Below, piece by piece: positions 40,162-51,109 of a stretch of DNA of 64,000 bases. How positions within the stretch are numbered: position 1 is the first letter of the stretch; each line of letters starts with the position of its first letter. A program made the position numbers and the translations under genes. The notes below the pieces were generated by a model. That model was not told the DNA's origin. It searched no databases and saw only the letters and a program-made list of their open reading frames with translations. Origin of the DNA: Terriglobia bacterium (GTDB lineage Bacteria; Acidobacteriota; Terriglobia; JAJPHL01; JAPKYU01); the NCBI GenBank assembly GCA_965223005.1, contig CBDCVK010000010.1, forward strand, positions 1,504,001 through 1,568,000. The letters are read 5' to 3'.

Positions 40162-41008
40162 CGGCGGGAAGATCGCCCGGAGGCGGCACGGGGCGAGGGA
40201 AGCGGCGGCGAGAGAGGCCGCCGACGCGGGCCACTATGCCAGAGCCGGCATAGGTCAAGGCCATGGCCAGAAGGACCGGCTCGGAATAAAACCAGATAGC
40301 GGCCACCAGCGCGCCGATTGCAATCACGGGGACGAAGCGGCGGCGGCGGCGCAGGTCCAAGTCCTTGAAGCTGTAATAGCGCCAGCGGCTCACCATTAGC
40401 AGTGAGATAGTCAGCAAAATCGTCAGCCACGCCAACGACCAGCCCCACCAGGCCAGCGGTCTGCCGTTTCCGACGTGCACGATCGCGGCCAGCAGTCCGC
40501 CTGCCGCCGGAATAGGCAGGCCCGCAAAATACTTGCGGCCCGGACGCCCCGGATTGGCCAGCACCGGATCGGACTGGATGTTGAATCGAGCCAGCCTCGA
40601 CACCCCACAGAGCACGAACAGAAAGCTCAAGAACCAGCCCGCGCGATGGAGGTGCTCCATCAACGCGGTACTACTCGGATCAATCCAGCGGATACCCCAA
40701 GTGAACGCCAGCAACGCCGGGGCAACCCCAAAGCTGATGACGTCAGCCAGAGAGTCAAATTCCCGGCCGAACGCGCTGGCCGTGTTGGTCAGCCGGGCCA
40801 GGCGGCCATCCAGAAGGTCGAACAGCACGGCAAACCCGATGGCTTTCGCGGCGGCATCCAGATGCTGCGCGGTCACCTCCGGCGCGAGCACCGCCTCGAG
40901 GATCTGCGTCAGGGCAAGGTAGCCGCAGAACAGATTGGCAACGGTAAACAGGCTGGGCAGCAGGTAGGCGCCTCGGCGAACAGGCCGCAATCGGTTGGTC
41001 GTGGCCAT
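40154..41008 (-). CDS. pssA: CDP-diacylglycerol-serine O-phosphatidyltransferase
   Basis: DLLDGRLAR...G...DSLADVISFG; RLARFN. Confidence 0.92.
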   Translation of the reverse strand: MATTNRLRPVRRGAYLLPSLFTVANLFCGYLALTQILEAVLAPEVTAQHLDAAAKAIGFAVLFDLLDGRLARLTNTASAFGREFDSLADVISFGVAPALLAFTWGIRWIDPSSTALMEHLHRAGWFLSFLFVLCGVSRLARFNIQSDPVLANPGRPGRKYFAGLPIPAAGGLLAAIVHVGNGRPLAWWGWSLAWLTILLTISLLMVSRWRYYSFKDLDLRRRRRFVPVIAIGALVAAIWFYSEPVLLAMALTYAGSGIVARVGGLSRRRFPRPVPPPGDLPAGA

Positions 41009-41009
41009 C

Positions 41010-41076
41010 TCAGTTTCTCTGCGCTAGGTTCGCTTAGTTTTTCCGAGCCAGGCCGGCCTAGTTTCTCCGAGCCAGG
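41010..41076 (-). repeat. 24-bp-period triplication of the psd 3' end
   Basis: cctggctcggagaaactag / cctggctcggaaaaactaa / cctagcgcagagaaactga. Confidence 0.75.
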
Positions 41077-41678
41077 ATCGTCGTGCCCGCGCGGACGCGC
41101 GTCCCCCGCGGCACCAGAATTTCCCAGCTCGAGTCCAGAAAGACATCCACCCGGGACCCGAGCTTGATCAGGCCGACTCGTTCCCCGCGGGCTACGTGAT
41201 CCCCTTGCTTTTTCCAGAAGACGATGCGACGAGCCACCAGGCCGGCAATCTGCTTGAACACGACCACACCTTCCGGCCCTTCTACAGTCACCGAGTTGCT
41301 CTCGTTTTGAACCGAGGCCTCGGGCCGGTTCGCCATCCGGAAACGCCCCGGGCTATATTGGACATCGCGGATCAAGCCGGCGATCGGCGCGCGGTTCACG
41401 TGGACGTCAAAGGGCGAAAGAAAGATGCTGATGCGTCGAACGGGCCGCCCTTGGTGCTCGCCCGCGCGGATGTCCACCACCCGGCCATCGGCCGGGGAAA
41501 CCGCCACCGGCCCCGGGTCGTTGGACACCAGACGCTCAGGATCTCGGAAGAAGTAAAGGAGAAAGAGCGCCGCGGCCAGCGGCGGCAGGGCAAACCACAC
41601 CCCAGCCATCCAGGCCAGGAGCACCGCAGCCAAGCTCAGTGCTGCCCCATAGCGGATTCCGTCGGAGACCACAGCCAC
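41058..41678 (-). CDS. psd: Phosphatidylserine decarboxylase
   Basis: FFRDPER, SPADG, DVHVNR, LGSRVD self-cleavage site. Confidence 0.93.
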   Translation of the reverse strand: MAVVSDGIRYGAALSLAAVLLAWMAGVWFALPPLAAALFLLYFFRDPERLVSNDPGPVAVSPADGRVVDIRAGEHQGRPVRRISIFLSPFDVHVNRAPIAGLIRDVQYSPGRFRMANRPEASVQNESNSVTVEGPEGVVVFKQIAGLVARRIVFWKKQGDHVARGERVGLIKLGSRVDVFLDSSWEILVPRGTRVRAGTTILARRN

Positions 41679-41708
41679 CCTCCTATTTTACCAGAGCCCC
41701 AAAGCCTA

Positions 41709-41743
41709 AAGGGGGCGATGAGCCTTTGCGGCGCACCGCCCCT
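41709..41743 (-). terminator. GC-rich hairpin/terminator after the YdcH-like gene
   Basis: AGGGGCGGTG...CATCGCCCCCT followed by TT/TTT on the minus strand. Confidence 0.55.
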
Positions 41744-41781
41744 CTGCGTTTCCTGTCTGCCAGTCAATCGGCCACGGACCG

Positions 41782-42021
41782 TCAGGCCACCGAAGGGTGT
41801 TCTTTCTTATGCTCCTGAATGATCCGTTGCATTTCGTCTTTCAGGCGGAGTTTCAGCTTCTTTAGCTTCACCTCCTCCAGCTGCTCCTCGTCATTGAGGT
41901 AGTGCTTGCTGGAGAGCTTTTGCAGTTGTTCGTCGTAGTTATGGTGTTGATCCGCCAGCCTTCGAAATTCCTCATTGGTTGCCACCAGGTACCCTTTGAG
42001 ATCCTGAGGGCGATCCATCAT
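41782..42021 (-). CDS. YdcH/DUF465 family coiled-coil protein
   Basis: H...DEQL...LKKLKLRLKDEM. Confidence 0.85.
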   Translation of the reverse strand: MMDRPQDLKGYLVATNEEFRRLADQHHNYDEQLQKLSSKHYLNDEEQLEEVKLKKLKLRLKDEMQRIIQEHKKEHPSVA

Positions 42022-42097
42022 AAGGTATGCCTCCGGGGAAGAAGTATGGGGTCAAGCTAGCACAGCGCCCGAGCCGGTTCAAGGAACAAAGCGGCGG

Positions 42098-42550
42098 TCA
42101 GCTCCCGGCAGCCTTCTTGGCTGTCACTTTGGCCGCGAACCTGGCCCGGTCCACGATGGCTCGCCCGACCGTGCCCCGGCCGATCAGTTCGCGCTCGTCG
42201 CGCGCTTCCACGCGGAATTCCAGGAAGCGGCCGTCCACCCGGACCAGTTCTGCGCGCACCGTCACCTGCATCCCTTCCGGGGTAGCCGCCAGGTGCTCGA
42301 CGTGGATCGCCGTGCCCAGGGTCAGGGTCCCCGGCGGCAGCGCTGACTCCACCGCCCGGCCTGCGGCCCGTTCCATTGCCAGCACCATCGCCGGAGTGGC
42401 GTAGACCGCCGGCATCGCCGGGTCGTGCGACTGCACGGTGAGCGAGTGTTCCACTCGCTCGCTGAATTCGTAAGAGAGGCCCGGTTGCAGCGCTAGGGGC
42501 TCCGATGAAGATCCACCCGCCGTGCCGCCTGGTATGCCTGGCGTGCTCAT
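42098..42550 (-). CDS. FlK-like hotdog thioesterase
   Basis: [20 protein letters not shown]. Confidence 0.85.
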   Translation of the reverse strand: MSTPGIPGGTAGGSSSEPLALQPGLSYEFSERVEHSLTVQSHDPAMPAVYATPAMVLAMERAAGRAVESALPPGTLTLGTAIHVEHLAATPEGMQVTVRAELVRVDGRFLEFRVEARDERELIGRGTVGRAIVDRARFAAKVTAKKAAGS

Positions 42551-43893
42551 TGTGCTTTGACCTTGCGCTGCGCAGTCACGGCCTCAAAAGCCGTGGCCGC
42601 GGCGCGGACAGTGATTTCGATATCCGCTTCGCTGTGGGCGGCGGAGAGAAACGCCGCCTCAAACTGCGAGGGCGGCAGGTATATGCCTTCTTCCAGCATG
42701 GCGCGGAAAAAGGCGGCGAAGGCCACGGTATCGCTGGTCTTGGCCGTCGCATAGTCTTTCACCGGGCGGTCGGTGAAGAAAAAGGTGAACATAGACCCGC
42801 GGCGGTTGATGGTGAGAGAAACCTCGGCGGTCGCCGCGGCGGCCGCGACGCCGCTGGTCAGCCCTTCTGCCCGCTTGTCGAGTCCGGCATAGAGATCGGG
42901 GTCGCGGCGCAGCACCCGCAATGTCGCGATGCCTGCAGCCACGGCTAGCGGGTTGCCCGAAAGCGTGCCGGCCTGATAGACGGGACCTTCCGGAGCTATC
43001 TGTGCCATGATCTCGGCCCGCCCGCCATAAGCTCCCACCGGCACGCCGCCGCCGATGATCTTGCCCAGGATGGTCAGGTCGGGAACGATTCCTGCCAGCT
43101 GTTGCACGCCGCCAAACGTCAGCCGGAAGCCGGTCATCACCTCGTCGAAGATCAACAGCGCTCCGGCCTGCTCACTCCGTCGGCGCAGCAATTCCAGGTA
43201 GCCAGGCTCGGGTGGCACACAGCCCATGTTGCCCACGATCGGCTCGACGATGACACAGGCGATTTGGCTGCCAGAGCGGTCAAAGGCTGCCTCCAGCGCC
43301 GCGAAGTCGTTAAAGGGCAAAGCGAGGGTCTGACGCGTCACTTCCGGTGGCACGCCGGCGGTGTCGGGTAAGCCGAAGGTGGCTACGCCCGAGCCCGCCT
43401 TCACCAGCAGGGCATCGACATGCCCGTGGTAGCAGCCTTCAAACTTCACCACGAGTGGCCGTCCGGTAAAAGCGCGCGCCACGCGGATGGCGCTCATGGC
43501 GGCCTCGGTGCCTGAGTTCACCAACCGCACTTTCTCTATCGAAGGGAAAGCTTCACAGATGAGCGAGGCCAGTTCCAACTCGCCCTCCGTGGCAGCGCCG
43601 AAACTGGTGCCCCGCCCCACCGCTTCTCGCAGCGCGTCGACCACTTCCGGATAGCAGTGACCCAGGATGAGCGGTCCCCAGGAGCTGACATAATCCAGGT
43701 ACTCATTGCCGTCCACGTCCCAGACCCGGGCGCCTGCGCCGTACCCCACCACGACCGGCTCCGCGCCCACGGCGCGGAACGCGCGCACCGGCGAATTCAC
43801 CCCACCGGGAATCAATTGCCGGGCACGGCGGAAAATTTCTTCTGATTGTTTATGCGGCTTCAAGCTGCTCTCCTTATCCGCATCGGCTATCAA
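42547..43893 (-). CDS. hemL: Glutamate-1-semialdehyde 2,1-aminomutase
   Basis: [35 protein letters not shown]. Confidence 0.96.
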   Translation of the reverse strand: MIADADKESSLKPHKQSEEIFRRARQLIPGGVNSPVRAFRAVGAEPVVVGYGAGARVWDVDGNEYLDYVSSWGPLILGHCYPEVVDALREAVGRGTSFGAATEGELELASLICEAFPSIEKVRLVNSGTEAAMSAIRVARAFTGRPLVVKFEGCYHGHVDALLVKAGSGVATFGLPDTAGVPPEVTRQTLALPFNDFAALEAAFDRSGSQIACVIVEPIVGNMGCVPPEPGYLELLRRRSEQAGALLIFDEVMTGFRLTFGGVQQLAGIVPDLTILGKIIGGGVPVGAYGGRAEIMAQIAPEGPVYQAGTLSGNPLAVAAGIATLRVLRRDPDLYAGLDKRAEGLTSGVAAAAATAEVSLTINRRGSMFTFFFTDRPVKDYATAKTSDTVAFAAFFRAMLEEGIYLPPSQFEAAFLSAAHSEADIEITVRAAATAFEAVTAQRKVKAQ

Positions 43894-44282
43894 TGCTGCG
43901 CGCTGCCGCCAGCTCCCGGCGGCGTGGAGGTGACTCCTTTGGTCTGGTCGCGCTCCACCAGCCAGGTGCGGCTTCCCGTGCGCCTTAGCATGTAGCGCAG
44001 GGAAACGCTCGATCGCGGGTCTTCCCTGCCGTGAAACAACACCGTAGCCTCCGCCTGGTCACCTCGGAAGGTGACCTGTAGCACTTCCATGGACATGGCC
44101 GTGGGCGACAGAATCGGGCGCGTGTTCACGTAGTCCTGGATGGCCTTCTCGACATCGGCTCGATCGTTGACCGGCGCCTGCCGGGAGCAGCCCATGACAG
44201 AGGTCAGCAGCAAGCAAAGCGCCAGCAGTGCACGCATCCGCCCTGAGGCTAGCGCAGAAGCTCGCACGCTTACAAGGAGCAT
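43890..44282 (-). CDS. Hypothetical lipoprotein
   Basis: Lipobox VMGC. Confidence 0.65.
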   Translation of the reverse strand: MLLVSVRASALASGRMRALLALCLLLTSVMGCSRQAPVNDRADVEKAIQDYVNTRPILSPTAMSMEVLQVTFRGDQAEATVLFHGREDPRSSVSLRYMLRRTGSRTWLVERDQTKGVTSTPPGAGGSAQH

Positions 44283-44353
44283 TCCGGTGGCGCCGGCTTC
44301 GGTCTCGCTTCTGCCGGTAAACCGTTGGTCCCGGTCGTGCTACAGTGGTGGCA

Positions 44354-45682
44354 ATGTTGGACTTGAATTTTGTGCGGGACAATCTGGACTTGGTGACCCG
44401 CAAGCTGGCTGAGCGAGGTGACGCCGCTGGCGCAGGACTGGAGCGCTTTCGGAACCTGGATGCCGAGCGTCGCGGGAGCCTGGTAAAAGTGGAAGCGCTG
44501 AAACACCGACGCAACCTGGCCGGAGAGGAAATCGCTGGCCTGAAGCGCAAACAGGACGATCCTGCCGCGCAGCAAAAGGCCTCTGATCTGATCGCCGAGA
44601 TGAAGGTGGTCTCCGACCAGATCAAGGAGATGGACGAGCAAGCGGGAAAGCTGGGCGCCGAACTACGCGAGCTACTTGCGGGCCTGCCGAATGTGGCGCA
44701 CGAAACCGTGCCCGCCGGCCGAACCCCCGCGGACAACGTGGAAGTGCGCCGCTGGGGCACGCCGCCCGAGTTTTCCTTCCCTCCCCGACCACACTGGGAA
44801 CTGGGAGAAGCGCTGGGCGTGCTGGACCTGGAGCGCGCGGCTAAGATCACCGGAGCGCGCTTCGCGGTCTACTGGGATCTGGGCGCGAAGCTGGAACGCG
44901 CCCTGCAGAACTTCATGCTCGACCTGCATACGCGCGAGCACGGCTACCTCGAAGTACTGCCGCCGGCGATGGTAAATTCCGCCAGCCTGTTCGGAACCGG
45001 GCAGTTACCCAAGTTTGCCGACGACCTATTTAAGCTGGAAGGACACGATTTCTGGCTGACACCCACGGCCGAGGTGCAGTTGACGAATTTATTCCGCGAC
45101 GAAGTGCTGGAGGCCGAGCAGCTCCCGATCGAGCTCTGCGCGTTTACCCCGTGCTTCCGCAGCGAGGCGGGCAGCTACGGAAGAGACGTCCGCGGCATTA
45201 TCCGCCAGCACCAGTTCCAGAAGGTGGAACTGGTGAAGTTCACGCATCCGGATCGCTCCCACGAGGAACTGGAAAGGCTGACCCGCAACGCCGAAACCAT
45301 TCTGCAAAAACTGGGGTTGCACTACCGTGTGGTGGCGCTGTGTACCGGTGACCTGGGGTTCGCCTCCGCCAAGACCTACGACATCGAGGTTTGGACACCG
45401 GCTCAGGGCGTCTACCGGGAAATTTCTTCCTGTAGCAATTTTGAAGCCTACCAGGCGCGGCGCGCCAATCTGCGCTTCCGCCCCCGGGCGCGGGGCAAGA
45501 CCGAATTCGTGCACACCCTGAACGGCAGCGCCCTGGCGATCGGGCGTACTTGGCTGGCGATCGTAGAAAATTACCAACAGGAAGATGGCTCGGTTCTCAT
45601 TCCCGAGGTGCTGCGCAGCTACCTGCACGGCGCCGAGCGCATTACCGCCACGGGCAAACTGGTGGGCGCGCGCTCCGCCTGA
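44354..45682 (+). CDS. serS: Serine-tRNA ligase
   Basis: [32 protein letters not shown]. Confidence 0.97.
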   Translation: MLDLNFVRDNLDLVTRKLAERGDAAGAGLERFRNLDAERRGSLVKVEALKHRRNLAGEEIAGLKRKQDDPAAQQKASDLIAEMKVVSDQIKEMDEQAGKLGAELRELLAGLPNVAHETVPAGRTPADNVEVRRWGTPPEFSFPPRPHWELGEALGVLDLERAAKITGARFAVYWDLGAKLERALQNFMLDLHTREHGYLEVLPPAMVNSASLFGTGQLPKFADDLFKLEGHDFWLTPTAEVQLTNLFRDEVLEAEQLPIELCAFTPCFRSEAGSYGRDVRGIIRQHQFQKVELVKFTHPDRSHEELERLTRNAETILQKLGLHYRVVALCTGDLGFASAKTYDIEVWTPAQGVYREISSCSNFEAYQARRANLRFRPRARGKTEFVHTLNGSALAIGRTWLAIVENYQQEDGSVLIPEVLRSYLHGAERITATGKLVGARSA

Positions 45683-45692
45683 GCCGGTCGCG

Positions 45693-45722
45693 TTGCCAAT
45701 CCTGCCGCACTTCTGCTATATT
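45693..45722 (+). promoter_or_regulatory. Candidate sigma70 promoter of tRNA-Asn
   Basis: TTGCCA-N18-TATATT with a TG extension. Confidence 0.5.
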
Positions 45723-45749
45723 GTTTTGTTATCTTTGCACCGACCGCAT

Positions 45750-45825
<76 letters not shown>

Positions 45826-45834
45826 CCTTTTCAA

Positions 45835-46983
45835 TCAGTTAGCGATTGCCGCCTTCCTCTCCCTTGCTACGTCAAAGGGATTCGCAAAGGAGTCCTTCTC
45901 AAAAGTGCCCTCGGAAATGGCCTCGACGGCGTGCCGCAGAAACGTCTGTCCGATGTGCCCGTAGCGTTTCACCATTCTGGCTGTCGTGGCTGGACTCCAG
46001 CCCATAATCATGGCGACATGGGCAAACGGCACGCCATTCTCCAGCATGCGCGTACAACCAGTATGCCTTAGATCATGGAAGCGACACTTAACGCCAGCGC
46101 GCTTCTTGGCCGCTTCCCAGGCTTCCTTCCATCGGCCAATTGGCCTGGTGGGGTCGGTCTTGTAAGCGCAGGGGATGAAGTCGTCTCCTGCTGCTCCGTA
46201 GCGTTCGGAAGGAAAAACAAAGTGTTCCGGCTGCCGATTGGGAAACTGGCTGGCCCAGAAGCTCAATACACTGAAGGCACGATCACTCAGGGGAATGACG
46301 CGTCCGGTGCCAGTTTGCGTCTTGCTTTTGCCAACCCTGGCGGTCCGCGCCTGGGAGTCGATCTGCTTCCAGAGCAGAAGCTGCAGTTCAGAGTATCGCA
46401 TACAGGTGTGGAGACCTAAAACCACGGCAGGGTAAAGCGAACGGGACCGACTGGCTGAACACGCTTCCAGCAATCGAACCTCTTCATCGGGAGGAAGCGC
46501 CCGACCCACGTCTTCGGATACGGGTAACAGGCTAATATGGGGCTGGATGCGTGCCCAAAGGCCGTTGCGCCGTAGGATAGCTCGCAACGTGCCAACCTCG
46601 AGATTTACGGTTTTCGGTTTAGCTCCCTCGGCCAGCCTCTGCTCTTGGTACTTGCTGACATCTTCTGGTTCGATATCGGAGATTAGGACCCTCCCAAAGA
46701 CCGGAAGGAGGTGGCGCAAGTTTGTTCGTTCGATGACGTAGCTCTTGGGCGCGAGCGTAGGCTTCTTGAGGGCGAGCCAATCCTCAGCAGCGACCGTGAG
46801 GAGCCGAGGCACAGCTCTCTTCTTCAGCCCGTGGTATCCCTCTTCCAGTTCCTGCTTTCGTTTTTGTTGGGCCCTGCCAGCCAGAGTCTTTGAGCGCGAC
46901 CGCGTCGATTCTCGGATCTTTTGCCCCGCGAAGTGAAACTCGTACCACCAAGTTTTCCGCCCTGGATACCTGAACAACGCCAT
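45835..46983 (-). CDS. Phage-type tyrosine integrase
   Basis: Arm-binding N-terminus (WWYEF), R(YSEL), KSKT, FHDLRHT, MGW, RYGH; RBS GGAGG. Confidence 0.92.
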   Translation of the reverse strand: MALFRYPGRKTWWYEFHFAGQKIRESTRSRSKTLAGRAQQKRKQELEEGYHGLKKRAVPRLLTVAAEDWLALKKPTLAPKSYVIERTNLRHLLPVFGRVLISDIEPEDVSKYQEQRLAEGAKPKTVNLEVGTLRAILRRNGLWARIQPHISLLPVSEDVGRALPPDEEVRLLEACSASRSRSLYPAVVLGLHTCMRYSELQLLLWKQIDSQARTARVGKSKTQTGTGRVIPLSDRAFSVLSFWASQFPNRQPEHFVFPSERYGAAGDDFIPCAYKTDPTRPIGRWKEAWEAAKKRAGVKCRFHDLRHTGCTRMLENGVPFAHVAMIMGWSPATTARMVKRYGHIGQTFLRHAVEAISEGTFEKDSFANPFDVARERKAAIAN

Positions 46984-46988
46984 TTCTG

Positions 46989-47717
46989 TTACCTCCGTTT
47001 CATTTTCTTGCGCCGCTGGGCGGCCATGCGTTTCCCACGAAGCGTTCTCCCTCTGCGCTCCCAGTATTCGCGCTGCCGTTGGAGTCAAGAACAGCGCTCT
47101 TCGCAGAATCTTTGCCCGTATCGCTCGACGGCGAAAAAGGCTCCGCAGTCGGTTAATGCGCAAATCTTGATCCCTTGCCTCCGAAGACAATCCTGACGGA
47201 GCATGAAATACAACACCGGGAGAATCCCCTCTCGTTTATGGGGTGGCAGCTCCACTATCCGCTCCCCGGAAGGAACTAAGACCGGATTGAAGAAGTTGAA
47301 AATCTCACACAGAGCACGGCGCCCGCACTCTCTCACGACAGCACCCGGCATTCTACGCAGGAATGAATCCGTTGGTGTGCCAAGCGTCCAGCCTGCGCTT
47401 TGTGCTATGGACTGGATGTAACACTTATAGCCCCTGCTAAACGAGACAAAACCAGTACCCTTTGTCTCCCACTCGGCGCCGGGTTCTCCTGGCGCTCGTT
47501 CAAATTCACCGAAAGCCTCCGCTATCGCGAGAACATCTGCGTCTGTGCCTCTAGACAGCTCAACCGTCAGATTGACGGCCGTTGCAAACACCCGGCGTTC
47601 GCGCCTGAGGCTAGGGAGGCTTTCCATCACGCGGACACTTTCCGTGTTGCCTCTTTCCTCCTCCCACCCCGGCAGTGTCCCTGCGACAGGCCCGAACCGC
47701 TGAACAAAATCAACCAA
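46989..47717 (-). pseudogene. CGNR-like zinc-finger protein with an in-frame TGA
   Basis: CALTDC...F...FCEERCS* continues in frame as LQRQREYW...KRR* to a TAA 5 nt before the integrase ATG; start unclear. Confidence 0.6.
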
Positions 47718-48255
47718 CTTGTCGTCAGAGTCGGCATTGGCGAACTGAATGTGCGGGGGGAGTCGGCCGCCGCGTTTCTCACCAAGTTTGGGGTGCGCAA
47801 ATTGCGTGTACTGTTGCAGCAGATCCCCTGATTGCGTTCCAGCCTTGATTGGAGATCCAGGAATCGTAGTGCGACTCTTGCTGCCAATTGGCAGCAGATT
47901 CGCAAGTCCCTATCAGAGGGGTGCTCTTCTCTTCCCAGACCTCAACCATGTCCTCTTCGAGGGGGCGAGGAGAGCACGAGCCTGGGCTGGCATGGCAGCC
48001 GACCTTGGCCAAGGTGCAGGGGTGGGCAGGCCGTTCTGGGAAAAAGAAAGGCAAGCAGGTGTGTGTGTGAAAGGGAAATGCACTTAAGGGGTTGTGGATG
48101 TTACAGGCAGCCCCGGCTTTTTTGTACTCGACTCGAGAGCGATTTTTTGGGGGGGGGGCGTGTATATGCTTGCAGTTTTTCAGTAGTGGGGTCCTTAGCT
48201 TGCCCAGGCTGGAATACAGGTAGACACTAGCCGTTTATGGGGACCTATCCGACAT

Positions 48256-48286
48256 TGCTGGTGAGAAGAAAGGTGTCTCACCAGCA
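48256..48286. other. Perfect 11-bp inverted repeat (hairpin)
   Basis: TGCTGGTGAGA-N9-TCTCACCAGCA. Confidence 0.6.
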
Positions 48287-49158
48287 CACTTTCGCGAGGG
48301 CGTTCCCGTTTAGTTGAAAGGTTGAGAGGCGGTTCTCGCCCCGGGTTCAGTAGAAATTCGGGGTGAACTCGGCAGGGTCTTGGTGATGACCGTAGGCGTC
48401 AGCCTCGCCGACTGTGAGGGGGCTCCGCCTGTTGGAAGCGCTGTGTCGAAGGGTGACTCGCTCGATTACAACGCGAACTCTTTGGTCTCACCCTCCTTCA
48501 GATCGTACACTTGATCCCTGATGCCGATCTTGATCGGATGTCTTTCTCCCTTGCAGGCACACACTTGTAGTCTGTCACGAGAAGCTTCTATCTCAAGCAT
48601 ATGTCCTCGATAACGAATGCGCATGCGCAGTCGTGCCAGATCGTCCGGAAGGCATGGATTGAACCAGAGGGCGTCACCGCGCATCTCAATACCGGTATAG
48701 CCGCGTTGAACTAGATCCAAAGTACCGGCCATAGCACCTAAGTGGATGCCCTCAGCCGTGGTTCCGCCCTGAATATCAGCGACATCGCTTTCCAATGCCT
48801 CTACAAACAACTTCCAGGAGCCTCCGCGGTCCGACCGCGCTAAGACCCATGCATGGATGACACGACTCAGTGAGGATCCGTGGGAAGTGCGCTTCCAATA
48901 GTAGTTGATGTTCTTGGGAATCGTCTCGCGATCGAAGTCGTAGCCGAGGCGGCTGAACAACTGAGATAATTCCTCAGCAGAGAACAAATAGAAAAGCATG
49001 AGCACATCGGCTTGTTTGGAGACTTTGTATCGGTTCGTCGTGTCTCCCTCCGCCTCGAGAATCCGGTCAAGTCGATGGATGTTGCCGTACTTGCCCCTAT
49101 AGGCCTCCCAGTCAAACTCTTCGAGCCGCTCATACCCCTCGAACTGGCTGATGATCCC

Positions 49159-49594
49159 ACCGTCGTGAAATACGATACGCATTTTCCGGCTGATATCTTG
49201 CCAGTGCTCGATCTCCTTCTGACCTAGGTCGAGGCGCTCGCAAAGTCCTTGGCGACGGTCCTCGGGCAGTAAAGCAAGCAGTTCCAGCGCGCAGCACAGC
49301 ACCCACACCGCCATTAAGTTGGTGTAAGCATTGTTATTCAGGCCCGGATTATGCACCCCCGGATAGCCGTCGTGGTACCGTCGTGAAATACGATACGCAT
49401 TTTCCGGCTGATATCTTGCCAGTGCTCGATCTCCTTCTGACCTAGGTCGAGGCGCTCGCAAAGTCCTTGGCGACGGTCCTCGGGCAGTAAAGCAAGCAGT
49501 TCCAGCGCGCAGCACAGCACCCACACCGCCATTAAGTTGGTGTAAGCATTGTTATTCAGGCCCGGATTATGCACCCCCGGATAGCCGTCGTGGT
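49159..49594. repeat. Exact 218-bp tandem duplication (causes a frameshift)
   Basis: 49159-49376 equals 49377-49594 by eye. Confidence 0.9.
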
Positions 49595-49944
49595 ACTCGT
49601 CGGGTCCCATGACACCCAAAATCTCATAGCGGTCAAGTTCGGCATTGTAGGTAGCGATGCTCGCCCAAAAACGAGCAATCTCCAATATCATTTCTGCGCC
49701 GTGGAAAAACAGGAACTCCTGGTCGCGCGTCACTTGATAGTACTGCCAGGCATTGTAGGCAATCGCTGCGTTCACGTGACGTTGCAGTCGGCTATGGTCC
49801 GGCAGCCAGCGTCCCGATTTAGGGTTGAGATGGACGTCCTGGCTTTCCTCCCGCCCATTACTGCCGCTCTGCCACGGATACATCGCACCCCGGTACCCTG
49901 CCTTGCGCGCGGCCACGCGTGCCTCATTCAGGCGCCGATAACGA

Positions 49945-49992
49945 TACATGAGCAGGGCCCGCGTCATCTACATGAGCAGGGCCCGCGTCATC
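49945..49992. repeat. Exact 24-bp tandem duplication creating a TAG
   Basis: tacatgagcagggcccgcgtcatc x2. Confidence 0.9.
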
Positions 49993-51109
49993 TTGGGAAT
50001 ACGAAGGCTAGGGAATTGGAAGATGAATAACTCATCCCAAAAAATGTGGCCTCGATACGCCTCACCATGCCAGCCTCGCGCCGGCGCCCCGACGTCGAGG
50101 TCAATGGTGTGGGGCGAAGTAGTCTGCAGCAGGTGAAACACGTGCAGTCGAAGGATCAACGCCGTGCGTTCACGCTGGTTAGGCCTGTTGAGCTCAATTT
50201 CGATATCGAAGTAGCGCCACAAGTGCTCCCAGGCCAGGGCGTGGCTTTCGAAGAGCTTGGCGAAGGGCGCAGCCTCTGCGACCGCCTCCTGGGCTTGGAG
50301 ACCACACTCGGAGATCCCGTGATCCCGGGATGTGAAGAATGCTATGACCTTCTCAATAGTAACGGTGGTCCCTTCGCTGATATCGACGCCAAACTGCTGA
50401 GCGATGTAACCCGGTTCTTCGATCGTGTGCCTTTCCACCGCGAGAGTTTCCCCGTCTCGAAAGACCTGGGTTCTGGCGGCTTGCGCAATGCGAATCTTGG
50501 ACTGGTTGGTTTGAACCTCCAAGTAAATGGCCTGTTCCCCAATTGCCTTGGTTTCGAGCGGTTCGAGATGGTTGTTATTGAGGTTCTGGTAGCGCTCGAC
50601 ACCGGCATTGACCACGCGACCGTCGAGGGCGAACTTGATTTCCAGTCGCCCCGACCAGTTTTCGGCGGTCAGTCTCGTTTCCAGACCTGCGAGATGGGGG
50701 TTCCCCATATGCACCAGGCGGCGTTCAGTCAGTCTGGTTTGGCGGCCCTGTTTGTCGCGGAATCGGACAGTGCGCAGGAGCACCCCCCGCTTTAGATCGA
50801 GTTCTTGGCGGTAAGACAGGATTTCAACCGTCCTCAAGTTGAACCAAGGGCTATCGCCGAGGTGAAAGGTAAGTGGAAGCCAGTTCGGAAAATTGACCAA
50901 ATCTTCGTTTTCCACGATTCGGCCCGCAACCTCTGTGCGGACTCGGTTGTATCCGCCAGGCAGATAAGTCCCGGGGTAGTGGATCGCGTCTGCCTCCGCT
51001 TCTGGGACCGCACCCCTGGTTGCAAAATAGCCGTTGCCCAGGGTGCACAGGGCCTCGCGCAGTCCTTCCTGAGCAGGATTGAAACCCTCGAATACGAGTG
51101 ACCACGAGC

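Noticed and set aside
46984-47190. 69-aa N-terminal extension of the integrase in the ORF track
   Set aside because: It overlaps the zinc-finger gene; ATG 46983 has a GGAGG RBS and a typical integrase N-terminus.
48143-48158. T6-G10 homopolymer as a phase-variation switch
   Set aside because: Not within a credible gene or a defined promoter spacer.
49159-49594. DGR template/variable repeat pair
   Set aside because: The copies are adjacent and identical: a plain tandem duplication.
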